From Octopus sinensis (taxonomy: Eukaryota): a stretch of 64,000 nucleotides of DNA. Of this stretch, positions 25,158 through 38,400 are shown piece by piece; position 1 is the first letter of the stretch, and each line of letters starts with the position of its first letter. A program made the position numbers and the translations under genes. The notes beneath the pieces are model-generated. The model did no database searches, had not been told where the DNA came from, and saw only the letters and a list, made by a program, of their open reading frames with translations. The stretch covers positions 1,984,001 through 2,048,000 of the forward strand of contig NC_043001.1 of NCBI RefSeq assembly GCF_006345805.1, written 5' to 3'.

Positions 25158-25765
25158 TCTATATATATATGTATGTATGCACATATTGCATGTATGCATA
25201 TATATACACATATATGTATGTACATATGTATGTACGCACGTATGCATACATATATATATATTTATATATATATATATATATATATTTATTTATCTATGTA
25301 TATATGTATGTATGTATATAATGTACACACGCATATGCACATGTAGACATACACACCATACATGTATACACAGACATACACAGATGTATTTCTTTCTCAG
25401 AATCCATCCATGATTTGGTGACATCTTATTTGTAATTATAGATATTTCAACTTAGACTTACTGACAAAGCATTTTTTCCAACGAATGCTGTGTGTATGTG
25501 TGTGGGGGGGTGTATACATCTATGTGTGAATGAGTATAAGCTTATGAGTGTATGTGTCTGTATAAGTGTATATGTGTGTGAGTGTATGTAAGTGTGTGTG
25601 TGTGCATGCATGTGTATGTGTGTGTGCGTGTGTGTGTGTGTGTGTGTGCATGTGTTTGTTCATATAGTTTTGTAAGGATTTACTAAGTTCCCTGTAGGAT
25701 TGTAAAGCATGTATATATACACGACTGTATGTATGTGTATGGATATATATAGAAATGTGCATATG

Positions 25766-25796
<31 letters not shown>

Positions 25797-25800
25797 GTAG

Positions 25801-25849
<49 letters not shown>

Positions 25850-26029
25850 TTATATATGCATGTATGTGTATATATATGTACGTATGCATGTATGAATGTA
25901 TGTACGTGTATGTATGTATGCTTGTTGTCTTATGTTGTTAATTCTCAAATTTATATATTGAAATTCTTTCTCTAAAGAAGGATTTGGTTTCTAACAAAGA
26001 GACAACATTCAATCATTGACAGAGTGGAT

Positions 26030-26425
26030 TAGAGGCACAGGTGTTGCCATGTGCTAAGAACTTTGCTTCCAACCACTTGGTTCTGGGTTCAATCCCACAG
26101 TATGGTATCTTGGACAAGTGTCTTCTACTATAGCCTCAGACCAGCTAAAACCTTGTGAATGGATTTGGTAGATGGAAACTAAAAGAAATCCATTGCATAC
26201 ATATATACATATATATACATATAGATATGTGTGTGTTTGTCCTTCACCACTCTTTGGCAACCGGTGTTGGTGTGTTTATATCCCCATAATTTATCAGTTT
26301 GACAAAATAACCAATGGAATAAGTCTCAGGCTTTAAAAGAAATAACTCCTGGGAACGATTCATTTGACTAAAAGACTTCAATGTGGTACTCCAGTGTGGC
26401 CACAGTCTAATGACTGAAAGAAGTA
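26030..26425 (+). mobile_element. SINE family B, degenerate full length
   Basis: Head GGTTCTGGGTTCAATCCCA through tail ATGACTGAAAGAAGTAAAA. Confidence 0.85.
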
Positions 26426-26744
26426 AAATATAAAAGATTAGAAAAGCCTGATTGGGACAAGGTTTCAAATCCAGTGTCTGGCATCTTGCGTAAATGTCCT
26501 TCACAACAAACACAGATAAATCACAGCATTGTGAAAGAAAATGGTGTCAAAGCCTGTCAAACGAACTGTACCTGTTATAGAAAAGGCCAACTTCATCCTA
26601 CTCTGTTTCACACTGATTGTGCTGGAGAATAATGTTAAGGGGACAGGATTCCGAGGGATACTCAGCCACATTGACACATTCGTTCAAGGAATTGAGTTGA
26701 TTGACTGCTGCTCAATGTAAAGGCTTTAAGACATGACATGGACA

Positions 26745-26939
26745 TAGGTGGCGAGCTGGCAGAATCATTAGCACACCGTTCTGAGTTGAAATTCCGCCGA
26801 GGTTGACTTTGCCTTTCATCCTTTCGGGGTCGATAAATTAAGTACTAGTTATGCACTGGGGTTGATATAATTGAGTTAATCCGTTTGTCTGTCCTTGTTT
26901 GTCCCCTCTATGTTTAGCCCCTTGAGGGCAATAGAGAAA
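26745..26939 (+). mobile_element. SINE family A with 18-bp TSD and internal deletion
   Basis: TSD TAAGACATGACATGGACA at 26727-26744 and 26940-26957; segment between the A and B boxes missing. Confidence 0.93.
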
Positions 26940-27159
26940 TAAGACATGACATGGACAGAGGCAATGGAGACTATGTAGCTGTAGCCAGCAGGAAAGGAAA
27001 TACCAGTCATTCCTACGACATCTACAATTTTGGAATGCATCTGACAACTGCAGGACAAGGTAATGGAAGATCCGAGCAAGTTCTTCTATGATGTGTAGCC
27101 ATATCTGTGCATGCATTTGCAGCTGTATCTGTGTGTGTGTGTATGTGTGTGTTCATCAG

Positions 27160-27375
27160 CATTGTCTCGTGGGGGGGTGGGTGCTCTGGCTACTATGATG
27201 AGATCATCCATGTAGTGGGAGTACTTGTTTAGGTTTATGGAGTTCTCTGCTACTCTCTCCTTGAGTCTCCTATCCCACAATACCATAAATAGTTTAGCCA
27301 CATCACCAGGGATACTGACACCAATGGCTGCACCTCCCCCCTTCGCTGTATATTTGTTATCAAACATAAACATGT
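27160..27375 (-). mobile_element. Penelope-like element reverse transcriptase fragment
   Basis: FMFDNKYTAKGGGAAIGVSIPGDVAKLFMVLWDRRLK...YSHYMDDLIIVA matches the PLE RT pattern F.F..K.Y.Q..G..(M/I)G....A.LFM...Y.RYVDD. Confidence 0.7.
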
Positions 27376-27382
27376 GGCTCTT

Positions 27383-27412
27383 GAATGTGGCTCTTGAATG
27401 TGGCTCTTGAAT
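27383..27412. repeat. 13-bp tandem repeat ATGTGGCTCTTGA x3 (array begins ~27371)
   Basis: Directly visible. Confidence 0.85.
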
Positions 27413-27479
27413 GCGACTCCAGTGCGTGCACCCATTGCATGTGCGACAATTTCTTTAACCTGGGATGGACTTGGATCAG

Positions 27480-27815
27480 TGCTTTCTGCTATAACCTCAG
27501 GCCAACCAAGGCTTTACAAGTAGATTTGGTAGATGGAAACTGAAAGAAGCCTGTCAAATGTGTGTATATGCATGTGGTGTGCATCTGTGTGCAGCGTGCA
27601 TGTATCTGTATCTATGTTTGTCCCCCACCACCACCTGGAAACCGGTGTTGGTGTGTTTATGTTCCTGTAACATAGCAGGTTTGCAAAAGAGACCGAGGGA
27701 ATGAGTAACGAGCTTAAAAACATAAATGCTGGTTAAATTTTTCAAGATGGTGCCCCACCCCATCACCATGGCTGCAATCTGATGACTGAAGAATGTAAAA
27801 GACCAAAGATAAAAG
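27480..27815 (+). mobile_element. SINE family B lacking most of the head
   Basis: GATTTGGTAGATGGAAACTGAAAGAAGCC...GCAAAAGAGACC...ATGACTGAAGAATGTAAAAGA. Confidence 0.75.
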
Positions 27816-27817
27816 AT

Positions 27818-27845
27818 ATCTACCTATCTACCTACCTATCTATTC

Positions 27846-27879
<34 letters not shown>

Positions 27880-27985
27880 TCATCTATCTATCTATCTATC
27901 TATCTATCTACCTACCTATCTATCTATCTATCTATCTATTCATCTATCTATTCATCTATCTATCTATTTATCTATCTATTCATCT
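27818..27985. repeat. (TATC)n microsatellite
   Basis: Directly visible. Confidence 0.95.
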
Positions 27986-27993
27986 ATATATAT

Positions 27994-27999
<6 letters not shown>

Positions 28000-28036
<37 letters not shown>

Positions 28037-28361
28037 GTGTATGTGTGTGTATATATGTTCAGATGGTGCTTTTTATGTGCCACCGGCACAAGAGCCAGTC
28101 AGATGTATACATACACACACACACATATAGAAACACTGAACACATACAAGCATTCATTCACAAGCATACATGCAAATATATATAAGTAGATATATATATA
28201 CGTGTGTGTGTGTGTGTGTGTAATAAAGTATTCTGTTTCTGTCTAAAACAATGCATATCTACAGAAAGCAAAAAACATCATATGTATGTTATTCATATAT
28301 TATGAATCCTGTATATAGTCTTTGAGCCTAGGTGTGTGTGTGTGTGTGTGTGTGTGTTTGC

Positions 28362-28393
<32 letters not shown>

Positions 28394-28790
28394 GTGTGTG
28401 TAAGTTAATGAAGCAAACAAGTTATATATGCAAAAGGTGATTAGCGAAGGAAAAGATTTATTATTTCACAAGATGTCTAATTTGTCCTTTTAAGGCCAAC
28501 AAGTTACTGACAAATCTGACAGTTGATATAAATTATGGATAGGTATGCCCTCAAAAACTGCACCACCGGCACCACCGGCATCACCGGCACCACCGGCATC
28601 ACCGGCACCAGCAACACCACCAACGTCACCTACCCCGCCCCCTCCCCTCCCCCTCCACCACCATCATCATTTAGAATTTTGTTGTGATGAAAGAGAGAGA
28701 ATAAAGAAGGGAGAAAATAGCATCAAACACTTGATTTCATTATTATATTTTCAGTTTTAGCCAACTTACTTCTTCTGTAGTAGTAGTAGT

Positions 28791-28847
<57 letters not shown>

Positions 28848-28967
28848 TTCTTTTTAAATGGTTCTGTAATTGGGGAAAATTCTCTCCTTATCAGTATTCG
28901 TCATATATCTATCTCTACACCTAATTGTCATTCTCTTCATCTATTATCTCTCTATCCATCGGTTTAA

Positions 28968-29013
<46 letters not shown>

Positions 29014-29121
29014 CCGTTTGTTTAACTCTCTCTATCCCTCTCTCTCTATCTCTCTGCCTATCAGTTTATATAGCTAGCTATTAGCTTTTCTACATGCACA
29101 TGGATATATGTATGTGTGTGC

Positions 29122-29209
<88 letters not shown>

Positions 29210-29281
29210 TTAGCAGGAGAGAGAAAGAGAGAGAGAGTGAAAGACAGAAAGAAAGTACATCACTCAAGTGTGTATGTATAT

Positions 29282-29324
<43 letters not shown>

Positions 29325-29616
29325 GTGTATGTGTGTGTATATATGTTCAGATGGTGCTTTTTATGTGCCACCGGCACAAGAGCCAGTCAGATGTATACAT
29401 ACACACACACACATATAGAAACACTGAACACATACAAGCATTCATTCACAAGCATACATGCAAATATATATAAGTAGATATATATATACGTGTGTGGTGT
29501 GTGTGTGTGTAATAAAGTATTCTGTTTCTGTCTAAAACAATGCATATCTACAGAAAGCAAAAAACATCATATGTATGTTATTCATATATTATGAATCCTG
29601 TATATAGTCTTTGAGC

Positions 29617-29651
<35 letters not shown>

Positions 29652-30060
29652 GTGTGTGTGTGTGTGTGTGTGTGCGTGTGTGTGTGTGTAAGTTAATGAA
29701 GCAAACAAGTTATATATGCAAAAGGTGATTAGCGAAGGAAAAGATTTATTATTTCACAAGATGTCTAATTTGTCCTTTTAAGGCCAACAAGTTACTGACA
29801 AATCTGACAGTTGATATAAATTATGGATAGGTATGCCCTCAAAAACTGCACCACCGGCACCACCGGCATCACCGGCACCAGCAACACCACCAACGTCACC
29901 TACCCCGCCCCCTCCCCTCCCCCTCCACCACCATCATCATTTAGAATTTTGTTGTGATGAAAGAGAGAGAATAAAGAAGGGAGAAAATAGCATCAAACAC
30001 TTGATTTCATTATTATATTTTCAGTTTTAGCCAACTTACTTCTTCTGTAGTAGTAGTAGT

Positions 30061-30114
<54 letters not shown>

Positions 30115-30232
30115 TTCTTTTTAAATGGTTCTGTAATTGGGGAAAATTCTCTCCTTATCAGTATTCGTCATATATCTATCTCTACACCTAATTGTCATTC
30201 TCTTCATCTATTATCTCTCTATCCATCGGTTT

Positions 30233-30298
<66 letters not shown>

Positions 30299-30399
30299 CC
30301 GTTTGTTTAACTCTCTCTATCCCTCTCTCTCTATCTCTCTGCCTATCAGTTTATATAGCTAGCTATTAGCTTTTCTACATGCACATGGATATATGTATG

Positions 30400-30455
<56 letters not shown>

Positions 30456-30560
30456 GTGTGTATGTGTGTATGTGTGTGTGTGTGTGTGTGTATATATTTA
30501 GCAGGAGAGAGAAAGAGAGAGAGAGTGAAAGACAGAAAGAAAGTACATCACTCAAGTGTG

Positions 30561-30600
<40 letters not shown>
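28000..30600. repeat. Direct tandem duplication, unit ~1288 bp, x2
   Basis: TTCAGATGGTGC at 28058 and 29346; unique segments identical in both copies; boundaries lie in (TA)n tracts. Confidence 0.95.
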
Positions 30601-30603
<3 letters not shown>

Positions 30604-31481
30604 TCACACATCGATGCATATATATTACATATTAATAAAAACATCAACATTTCTTTTGTGTCAAGAGAACTTATTTCACCATTATTTCTCTTCTCATTGT
30701 TTTTCCTCACACCCTCCCACCCATCCACGCACTCTTCCCCACCCTTTTTTGCTTGTTCTTTTTTTATTGTTGATATTATTTACATTGCTCTTATTATTAC
30801 TATCGTTTCTATTATTGTGATCGCTGCCATTATTATTATTATTATTATTATTATTATCATTATCGCCACCATCATCATCACCATCATTGTCATCGTCGTA
30901 ATCATTATCCTCATGTGATTAGTGTTGTTGTTGTTGTTGTTGTTGTTGCTGTTGTTAGGCTTTCTGTAGCTATAAATCTTTTTGATTGTTTCATTGCTGT
31001 TTGATTGAGAAAGCAAAGTAAGATTTGTGCCCAATGAAAATGTAACTCATACAGAAACCATTGATTATACACTTCTTTCAAAAGATATTCTCCTTTTTTT
31101 CTTTCTTTTTCTTTTCCCCTTTTCTTTTAATTATTTTCTTTTCCTTTTGCTATTCTTTCTTCGCTCACTCACAACTTTTTATTGCATAAAAGGCAAAATT
31201 GATTTTAAGAAAATTCACCTCCACAGTCTTTTCAACTACAAACTAACAGTAATTTTAACTAAACTGCACAGAATCTATGGCATATTTTATTCTTAAAACT
31301 CTAAATAACCAGAAATTAATAGGAGGCTTAAACATAGGAATATCTTTAATCAAGTTTACGATTCCTCCACAGCCTGGACCATTCCCAACTTTCCCGACAC
31401 AAATCACGCTTGCAACACAGAACCACATTTCAAGGCAAATACTTTTCTTCGTCGGGCCTTGTTCCATTAAACATTATCAAA

Positions 31482-33020
31482 AGAGCTGTGCGAGCCATGT
31501 ACAGAGACGCTGCTAGTAAGGTGAGGGTTGGCATCGAGTACAGTGAAGAATTCAGGGTAGAGGTTGGGGTCCACCAAGGTTCAGTCCTCAGTCCCCTCCT
31601 ATTTGTCATAGTCCTCTAGGCAATAACGGAGGAATTCAAGACAGGAAGCCCCTGGGAGCTCCTCTATGCTGATGACTTTGCTCTAATTGCTGAGTCACTA
31701 TCAGAACTAGAGGAGAAGTTTCAGGTGTGGAAGCAAGGTCTAGAATCGAAGGGCCTCAGAATCAATCTAGCCAAAACCAAAGTCCTAATAAGTAGGAAAG
31801 TAAACAAGTCACAAACGCCTTCAGGTAGATGGCCCTGCTCAATCTGTAAAAAAGGTGTAGGTAGAAACTCTATAAGGTGCACCAAGTGTAAGCTATGGAC
31901 ACATAAGAGGTGTAGCAATGTCAAAGGAAGGCTAACTAGGAAAATAGTTTTTGTCTGTGGCAGATGCTCAGGAGCAATAAACACTGAAAATGTGCAGAGA
32001 CCAACGTCTACCATGTTCCAGGGAGAAAAACTAGAAGTAGTTGATAGCTTCCGCTACCTAGGTGACCAAGTCAGTAGCGGGGGTGGATGTGCTGAAAGTG
32101 TAACTGCTAGAGTAAGAATAGCCTGGGCAAAGTTTAGAGAGCTCTTACCCCTGCTGGTGACAAAAGGCCTCTCACTCAGAGTAAAAGGCAGACTGTATGA
32201 TGCATGCGTACGTACAGCCATGCTACATGGTAGTAAAACATGGGCTGTGACTGCTGAGGATATGCGTAAGCTCGCAAGAAATGAAGCCAGTATGCTCCGA
32301 TGGATGTGTAATGTCAGTGTTCATAATTGACAGAGTGTAAGTACCTTGAGAAAAAAGTTGGACCTAAGAAGCATCAGTTGTGGTGTGCAAGAGAGACGTC
32401 TGCGCTGGTAGTGAGAATAGGTGAAGATAGTTGTGTGCAAAAGTGCCACACTCTAGCAGTTGAGGGAACCTGTGGAAGAGGCAGACCAAGGAAAACCTGG
32501 AACGAGGTGGTGAAGCACGACCTTCGAACTTTAGGTCTCACCAAGGAAATGACTAGAGACCGAGACCTATGGAAGTATGCTGTGCATGAGAAGACCCGGC
32601 AAGACCAGTGAGAACAGTCAAAATCAAACCAAATCAACATCAGTGGAAATTGCTGCTGTGGTTAAGCGAACCATCCAATCGTTTGTCCGTTGCCAGTCTC
32701 GCCTGGCCCCCGTGCCGTTGGCACGTAAAAGCACCATCCGCTCGTGTCCGTTGCCAGCCTTGCCTGGCCCCCGTGCCGGTAGCATGTAAAAACACCATCC
32801 GTTCGTGGCCGTTTGCCAGCTCTGTCTGGCACTTGTGCAGGTGGCATGTAAAAAGCACCCACTACACTTTAGGAGTGGTTGGCGTTAGGAAGGGAATCCA
32901 GCCGTAGAAACACTGCCAAATCTGACTGGGCCTGATGAAGCCTTCCGGCTTCCCAGACCCCAGTTAAACCATCCAACCCATGCTAGCATGGAGAACGGAC
33001 GCTAAATGATGATGATGATG
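31482..33020 (+). mobile_element. 5'-truncated RTE-clade LINE (RT, PHD-like insert, 3' UTR, (ATG)n tail)
   Basis: GVHQGSVLSPLLF; stop at 31617-31619; LLYADD (31665-31676); LRINLAKTK; WPCSICKKGVGRNSIRCTKCKLWTHKRC...CGRC; FRYLG; GRGRPRKTW; stop at 32328-32330; modular 3' UTR. Confidence 0.95.
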
Positions 33021-33149
33021 AAGTAAAAGAAGAGAAAGACCCCATCCCCTTCAAACTATATCCAGATCTCTTTTTTCTTTTTCAATGGGTTCCAGGTAAG
33101 TCACCTCTGTGTGAATACATCTCACTCAACAATTTCCAACCTGACTTGT

Positions 33150-33387
33150 GTGCATGCATCAATGATTGATGCACCTGGACACATCTTCAGTGATGTACCT
33201 GGTACCATCAGGTGTTTCGGGTCTTTCAACATCATACACCCTCCTCTAGGTGATCCAGCTGGGGCTGATCAGACTCCAGCTTGTGTCCAGATGGTCAACT
33301 AGCTACCCCATGGCTCTCCTCTTTTGATCCACAGCCATCTTGAGGCCATCTCTGCTGCATCAGTGGTACTATGGATGGCCTCCCACC
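33150..33387 (-). mobile_element. Hero-like RLE non-LTR element 3' end
   Basis: Minus strand WEAIHSTTDAAEMASRWLWIKRGEPWGS* followed by a UTR containing TGATGTTGAAAGACCCGAAACACC, as recalled for Hero-type elements. Confidence 0.6.
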
Positions 33388-33534
33388 TTCTCACTCCCTT
33401 GAAAGTTTATGTTATTGCAAAACTGGACATAAAAATGATTCCATTAAGTGATGCTCTAAACTCTTCAACATTTAAACTGGCTCAAATATTCTACTTGTTT
33501 TCTGTCAAAACTGGCCACATCCAGCCTCTCACAC

Positions 33535-34032
33535 TTACCCTACAAGATCATTCTAAAGTTAAACAATCACATCATTGAAGTCTCAAAGTTATGATATAAT
33601 GCATGATTTATTCAAAATGATGGGAATAAATCTTACATTTGACAGAGAAATTTGAATGCTAAAGGGTAAAGTTAGGATGCCTTGGGAAAATTCTGACAAA
33701 AGCATATCAAAGTTTATCTAGGTTTATTTTTAGTCTTAATTTAATTTAATATTTTCCTTTCTTATGACACTGGTGCCATTTTTAATGATAATTATGACAC
33801 CCTTAACCCACCCTAACACTTAGATTTCTCTGTCAAATGTAATGCTTATTTCTTTACATCGTTTTGAATTAATCGTGCATTGTCTTGTAACTTTTGAGAT
33901 GCTAATGATGTAATAGTTTATGTTTAGAATGACCTTGTATGGTTCGTGTGAGAAGCTAGATCTGGCTTTTTTGAATATAAAACAAGTAGAAAATTCAGAC
34001 TGAACATAGCTGGTTTAAATTCGATAAGGTTG
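33535..34032. mobile_element. Inverted pair of MITE-like copies (piggyBac-like TTAACCC ends, degenerate)
   Basis: CATTTGACAGAGAAAT (~33638) is the exact reverse complement of ATTTCTCTGTCAAATG (~33824); AATGCTAAAGGG and TTAACCC termini. Confidence 0.5.
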
Positions 34033-34779
34033 AATAATCATTTCCCGTTAAATTATTAATTGGACAACTGAAAAATGAACAAACAATGAAGCCTCTATGT
34101 GGTCTTTCAATTTACTAGAAATGGCTGCCAAACCTTCCTCATATCGCATCTTAAGATTTTCAAAATAATGAAAGAATACTTTAAATTATATAATCCAGCC
34201 TGATTTTAAATAGTCAGGATGGTAATGGCTGGAATGCATTTGATCATAGGTCTACTTAATTGAAGTTGACCTGGGCTAAACAACAATAAGAATGGACTAA
34301 CTCAAAGTGGCCTCTCAAATTTCAAGTTATAGCAGCCAAAATTTTATTCAAATTATACTGTTTTGATAGCAGCCAACCTGAAACCGTCATTTGTTCCATG
34401 GAAAAAAAATTCTTGTTTGGAAGTGATTTAAAGTAAAAGCTTCCACCAAAATTTCAAGTTATGTTCCAAGTACTAGCTTGATATTGACAAAGTTATTTTA
34501 CTAAATTCTTTATTTCCAAAATTAATTAAAATAACGGCAGTATATTCCAGCAGAAATATGGTAGCAAAAGAATTAAAAACCAATTTACTCCAGTCTACAC
34601 TGTTTGCAATGTCTCAAAATTTGAATCAACTGATCTCACTGAAGTTATCTCCCCTTTTGTTTTTAGCATCGGACTTTATGCCATCATATTTCCATTGAAA
34701 AACAGTGCATTTATATCAATAGATTTTAAAGCAAATGAAGAATTAAAAGAAATATCTTTGTCATTAATAAAATATTATA

Positions 34780-35163
34780 GGCATAGGAGTGGCTGTGGAG
34801 TAAGTAGCTTGCTTACCAGCCACATGGTTCCTGGTTCAGTCCCACTGCATTGCACCTTGAGCAAATGTTGTCTACTATAGCCTCGGGCCGACCAAAGCCT
34901 TGTGAGTGGATTTGGTAGATGGAAACTGAAAGAAGCCCATCATATATATATATGTATGTGTGTTTGTGTTTGTCCCCCCAACATCGCTTGGCAACTGATG
35001 GTGCGTTTGCATCCCCTTAACTTAGCAGTTTGGCAAAAGAGACCGATAAAATAAGTACTGGGATTACAAAGAAGAAGTCCTGGGGTCGATTTGCTTGACT
35101 AAAAGGCAGTGCTCCAGCATGGCCACAGTCAAATGACTGAAACAGGTAAAAGAGTAAAAGAGT
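34780..35163 (+). mobile_element. SINE family B, full length
   Basis: GGCATAGGAGTGGCTGTGGAGTAAG (A box region), GGTTCAGTCCC (B box), tail AAAAGAGTAAAAGAGT. Confidence 0.92.
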
Positions 35164-35689
35164 ATTGTTTAAAATATTAACATAAAATTTTGTCAGTTTA
35201 ATCTAGACCTCTTTAGAACAAGAAATTTGTATCATGAAATGAGGAGTGTTCTTGGGCCGGTTGATTTCACAAGGGTTAGATAACCTTGAAGGGCATTTTA
35301 TCTACTATTTGATTAAAAATCTGTTAACAGTAGTTTAGCAACCATGTTTTAATTGTGAAACCGGGGCCCTTTTTGTATTTAGTATGCAGAACACACTCCA
35401 GGGATACTTTTACCTACTGCTGGGTAATTTAGTCTGAAGCACTATGCCTGGAAAGAAGAATGGGATTGGCATGGCTGAAGCTCCTTGGATTATTTGTCTG
35501 CTTCATCAGAGATGGGGGTTAAACAGTGTAAAAATATATACAGTTGGAAGTCACAGTAAGGTAGATTATAGAAGTAACACGCAGAAGGACAAACTATAAC
35601 AACATTACATATATCTTAATTGATATGGTTCAAAGTTGATCCAGGGCTAAACAACAGTAGCACCTAGCTTAAATTGCTGGTGACATATA

Positions 35690-35968
35690 GAACATAGCGC
35701 CGCCTTGACTGGCTTCTGTGCCGGTGGCACGTAAAAAGTACCAACCGATCGTGGCTGCTGCCAGCCTCCCCTGGCACCTGTGCCGGTGGCACGTAAAAGG
35801 CACCCACTACACTCACAGAGTGGTTGGTGTTAGGAAGGGCATCCAGCTGTAGAAACACTGCCAGATCAGACTGAAGCCTGGTGCAGCCTCTTGTGATCCC
35901 GGTCGAACCGTCCATGCTAGCATGGAAAATGGATGTTAAACGATGATGATGATGATAATGATGATGAT
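35690..35968 (+). mobile_element. RTE 3' UTR fragment
   Basis: GTGCCGGTGGCACGTAAAA modules, ATGCTAGCATGGAAAATGGATGTTAAACGATGATG. Confidence 0.85.
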
Positions 35969-36960
35969 GACAACGAAATTATAAACAATATGTTCTGTTG
36001 ATGAACCAGATTATCTACAAATAAAAGCCTAATCTCCATCACATCATATCTTACAATCCTAAAAACGTAAGGGTCACATAAGTGAATGTAGTCCAAGGTA
36101 CACTACATCTAGAATCAATATAAAAATTAGATGGGTATGGCTGGAATGGCTCGATATTACATTAGCCTAATCAAGGTCAACTTAAAGAAAAACAAATCAA
36201 CCACCACAATAACAACAATCACAACAATAACAAAATGTTCCGTTAATTTAAGTATCAGAACTCTGCAACTTATGTGAAAATTGTTTTGTTGAGTGGAGAA
36301 ACTTGACGAGGGAGAAAATTATAAAATAAAGACAGACAATCAGATTTAATGTGTTCATTCAAAATAACAATTAAGGTTAATGAGTGTTATTTCCAAACCT
36401 ATTTGATTAATCTTGACTTTCATGCAAACAAAACAAGAAGAAAAATAATTAAAAAAAGCAAACAACAGCAAATATATGCTAATTAAAAAATTAAAGAGAG
36501 CAGTGAAAAGTTAGGTTTTTATTAGTAATGTCACATCACTGGAATAAACCTTCGGATCTGTAGCAGAGAAGCTAAAGTTAATCTGTGTTGACATAAAGGC
36601 AATGGCATCTATTAATTAACAACTATTAAATCTTTTGACTTTCGTTTATATGCTGTTATGCCTTGTAGGGTAAAAAAGATAAACAAAACAAATTTAAGAT
36701 GAAGTTTACCATGTAGCATCACCATCGTCGTCGTCATCATCATCACCATCATCATCTTCGCCGTCGTCGTCGTCATCATCATCATCATCATAAATTATTT
36801 CTCCCTTTTTTTACCTGGCATGGGTTGGACAGATATTTAACAATCTGTAGTGGCCATTGGTCAACAGTGTCTGGAGATGAATAAAATGTTTACATTCTGA
36901 ATGGTTATGGTTCACTACTTAGACCAATTTAGTGGTTACTCAAAATATAACGTGTGTGTG

Positions 36961-37011
<51 letters not shown>

Positions 37012-37017
37012 TTGTGT

Positions 37018-37051
<34 letters not shown>

Positions 37052-37189
37052 GGCTTATGCTGGATGAATAAAAGAATAGTGATTAATACATATTGTAGAA
37101 GATATTGCTTTTTTTGATAGAAACCGAAAGTTTCTCTTGCGACACAAGTTACATGGCAATGTGATCTTCAATTTATTTTATAGCTTTGA

Positions 37190-38155
37190 TAACGTGTGGA
37201 GTGAAAACAGCAATTAGAATCATTTTATGCTACCTGGGGAAAAAACGGGCTGAGTGCGAAGGCAGTGGCAAAAGAAATGAATGTTGTGGAAGGCCCAGGA
37301 AGTGTCAACAAACATGTGGCACAAAATTGGTTCAGACGTTTCAAGGAAGGTGACACCATCTTCAAAGACAGACTAAAGTCAGGTAAACATCCTGCTGTGG
37401 AAGGTGATGCCTTGATTGAAATGGTTGAGTATCAACCAAGCACAAGCACTCCTACATTTTTGGCAGAACTTGGTCCTTCACAAAGCACTATCAATAAGTT
37501 AACACCTCCTTAAACTCAGTGTTGTGAAGTGACATGGTTGAGAAGCACCTCATGAACTGAACAATGACCAGGCTGAAGGATGTGTGAACATCTGCCAGCA
37601 GCTGCTGACAAATCCTGAGATAGCTTTTTTGGTATCAAACTTTAACTTGAGATGAAAAAAGGATCTATTTTCATAATCTCAAGAAAAATCAACGGCTTTA
37701 TTCTGACCAGGAATCAGAACCTGTAGTCAAACAAGGACAGTTTGAATAGACAGTCATGTTGTATGCTCGGCAGAATTTCGAGGGGTTGTTGTACTTTGGG
37801 ATTGACCTAAATTGTCATGTTGTAAATGCCATGCTCAAGTGTACAATACATTGCAAGCGTGCAGCCTGACAATAGTCAATTGAAGCTGTGCACACCTACA
37901 GATGGACAATGCCCCAGCAAACACTGCCAATCTGACCAATTACAGACTTGAGATACTTGAGAGGCTGGAAGGGCTACCTCACACTCCAGTGTTACCTACG
38001 GTGTAGACGTTGTACCATTTGATTACCATATTTTCTGAGTCATGGCTCATATCTTGTACAGATGGAGGTTCAACAATGTGGATGAGGTTGAAAACAGGTG
38101 CAGGAAACTTTTCACCTCTAAACAAACCAAATGGTTTAAGCGTGGAATTCATCAG
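37190..38155 (+). mobile_element. Mariner transposase pseudogene
   Basis: AQNWFRRFKEGD...SGKHP (HTH), PHEL, T*DEK, DNAP (37905), FDYHIF (38021), MAHILYRWRFNNVDEVENRCRKLF...WFKRGI; multiple stops and frameshifts. Confidence 0.88.
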
Positions 38156-38400
38156 TATTTGATGCTTATTTACCATGCTGGCATGGGTTGGACAGTTTAC
38201 AGAAGCTGGAAAACCAGAAGGCTGCACCAGGCTTCAGTTGTCTATTTGGCATGGTTTCTATGACTGGATGCCCTTCCTAATGACAACCACTTTGCAGATT
38301 GCACTGGGTGCTTTTTACCTTGTACCAGCTCTGGGCACCTTTTATGTGGAACCTATGAGGGTACTTTACATGTAATGCCAGCACGAGTGCTGTTTACTAG
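38156..38400 (-). mobile_element. RTE 3' end fragment
   Basis: CCATGCTGGCATGGGTTGGACAG...GGATGCCCTTCCTAA. Confidence 0.8.

Noticed and set aside
28545-28760. Pro/His-rich ORF (MPSKTAPPAPP...) and its duplicate at 29833-30030
   Set aside because: Derived from a 9-bp GC-rich repeat and a C-run; no splice signals or domain evidence.
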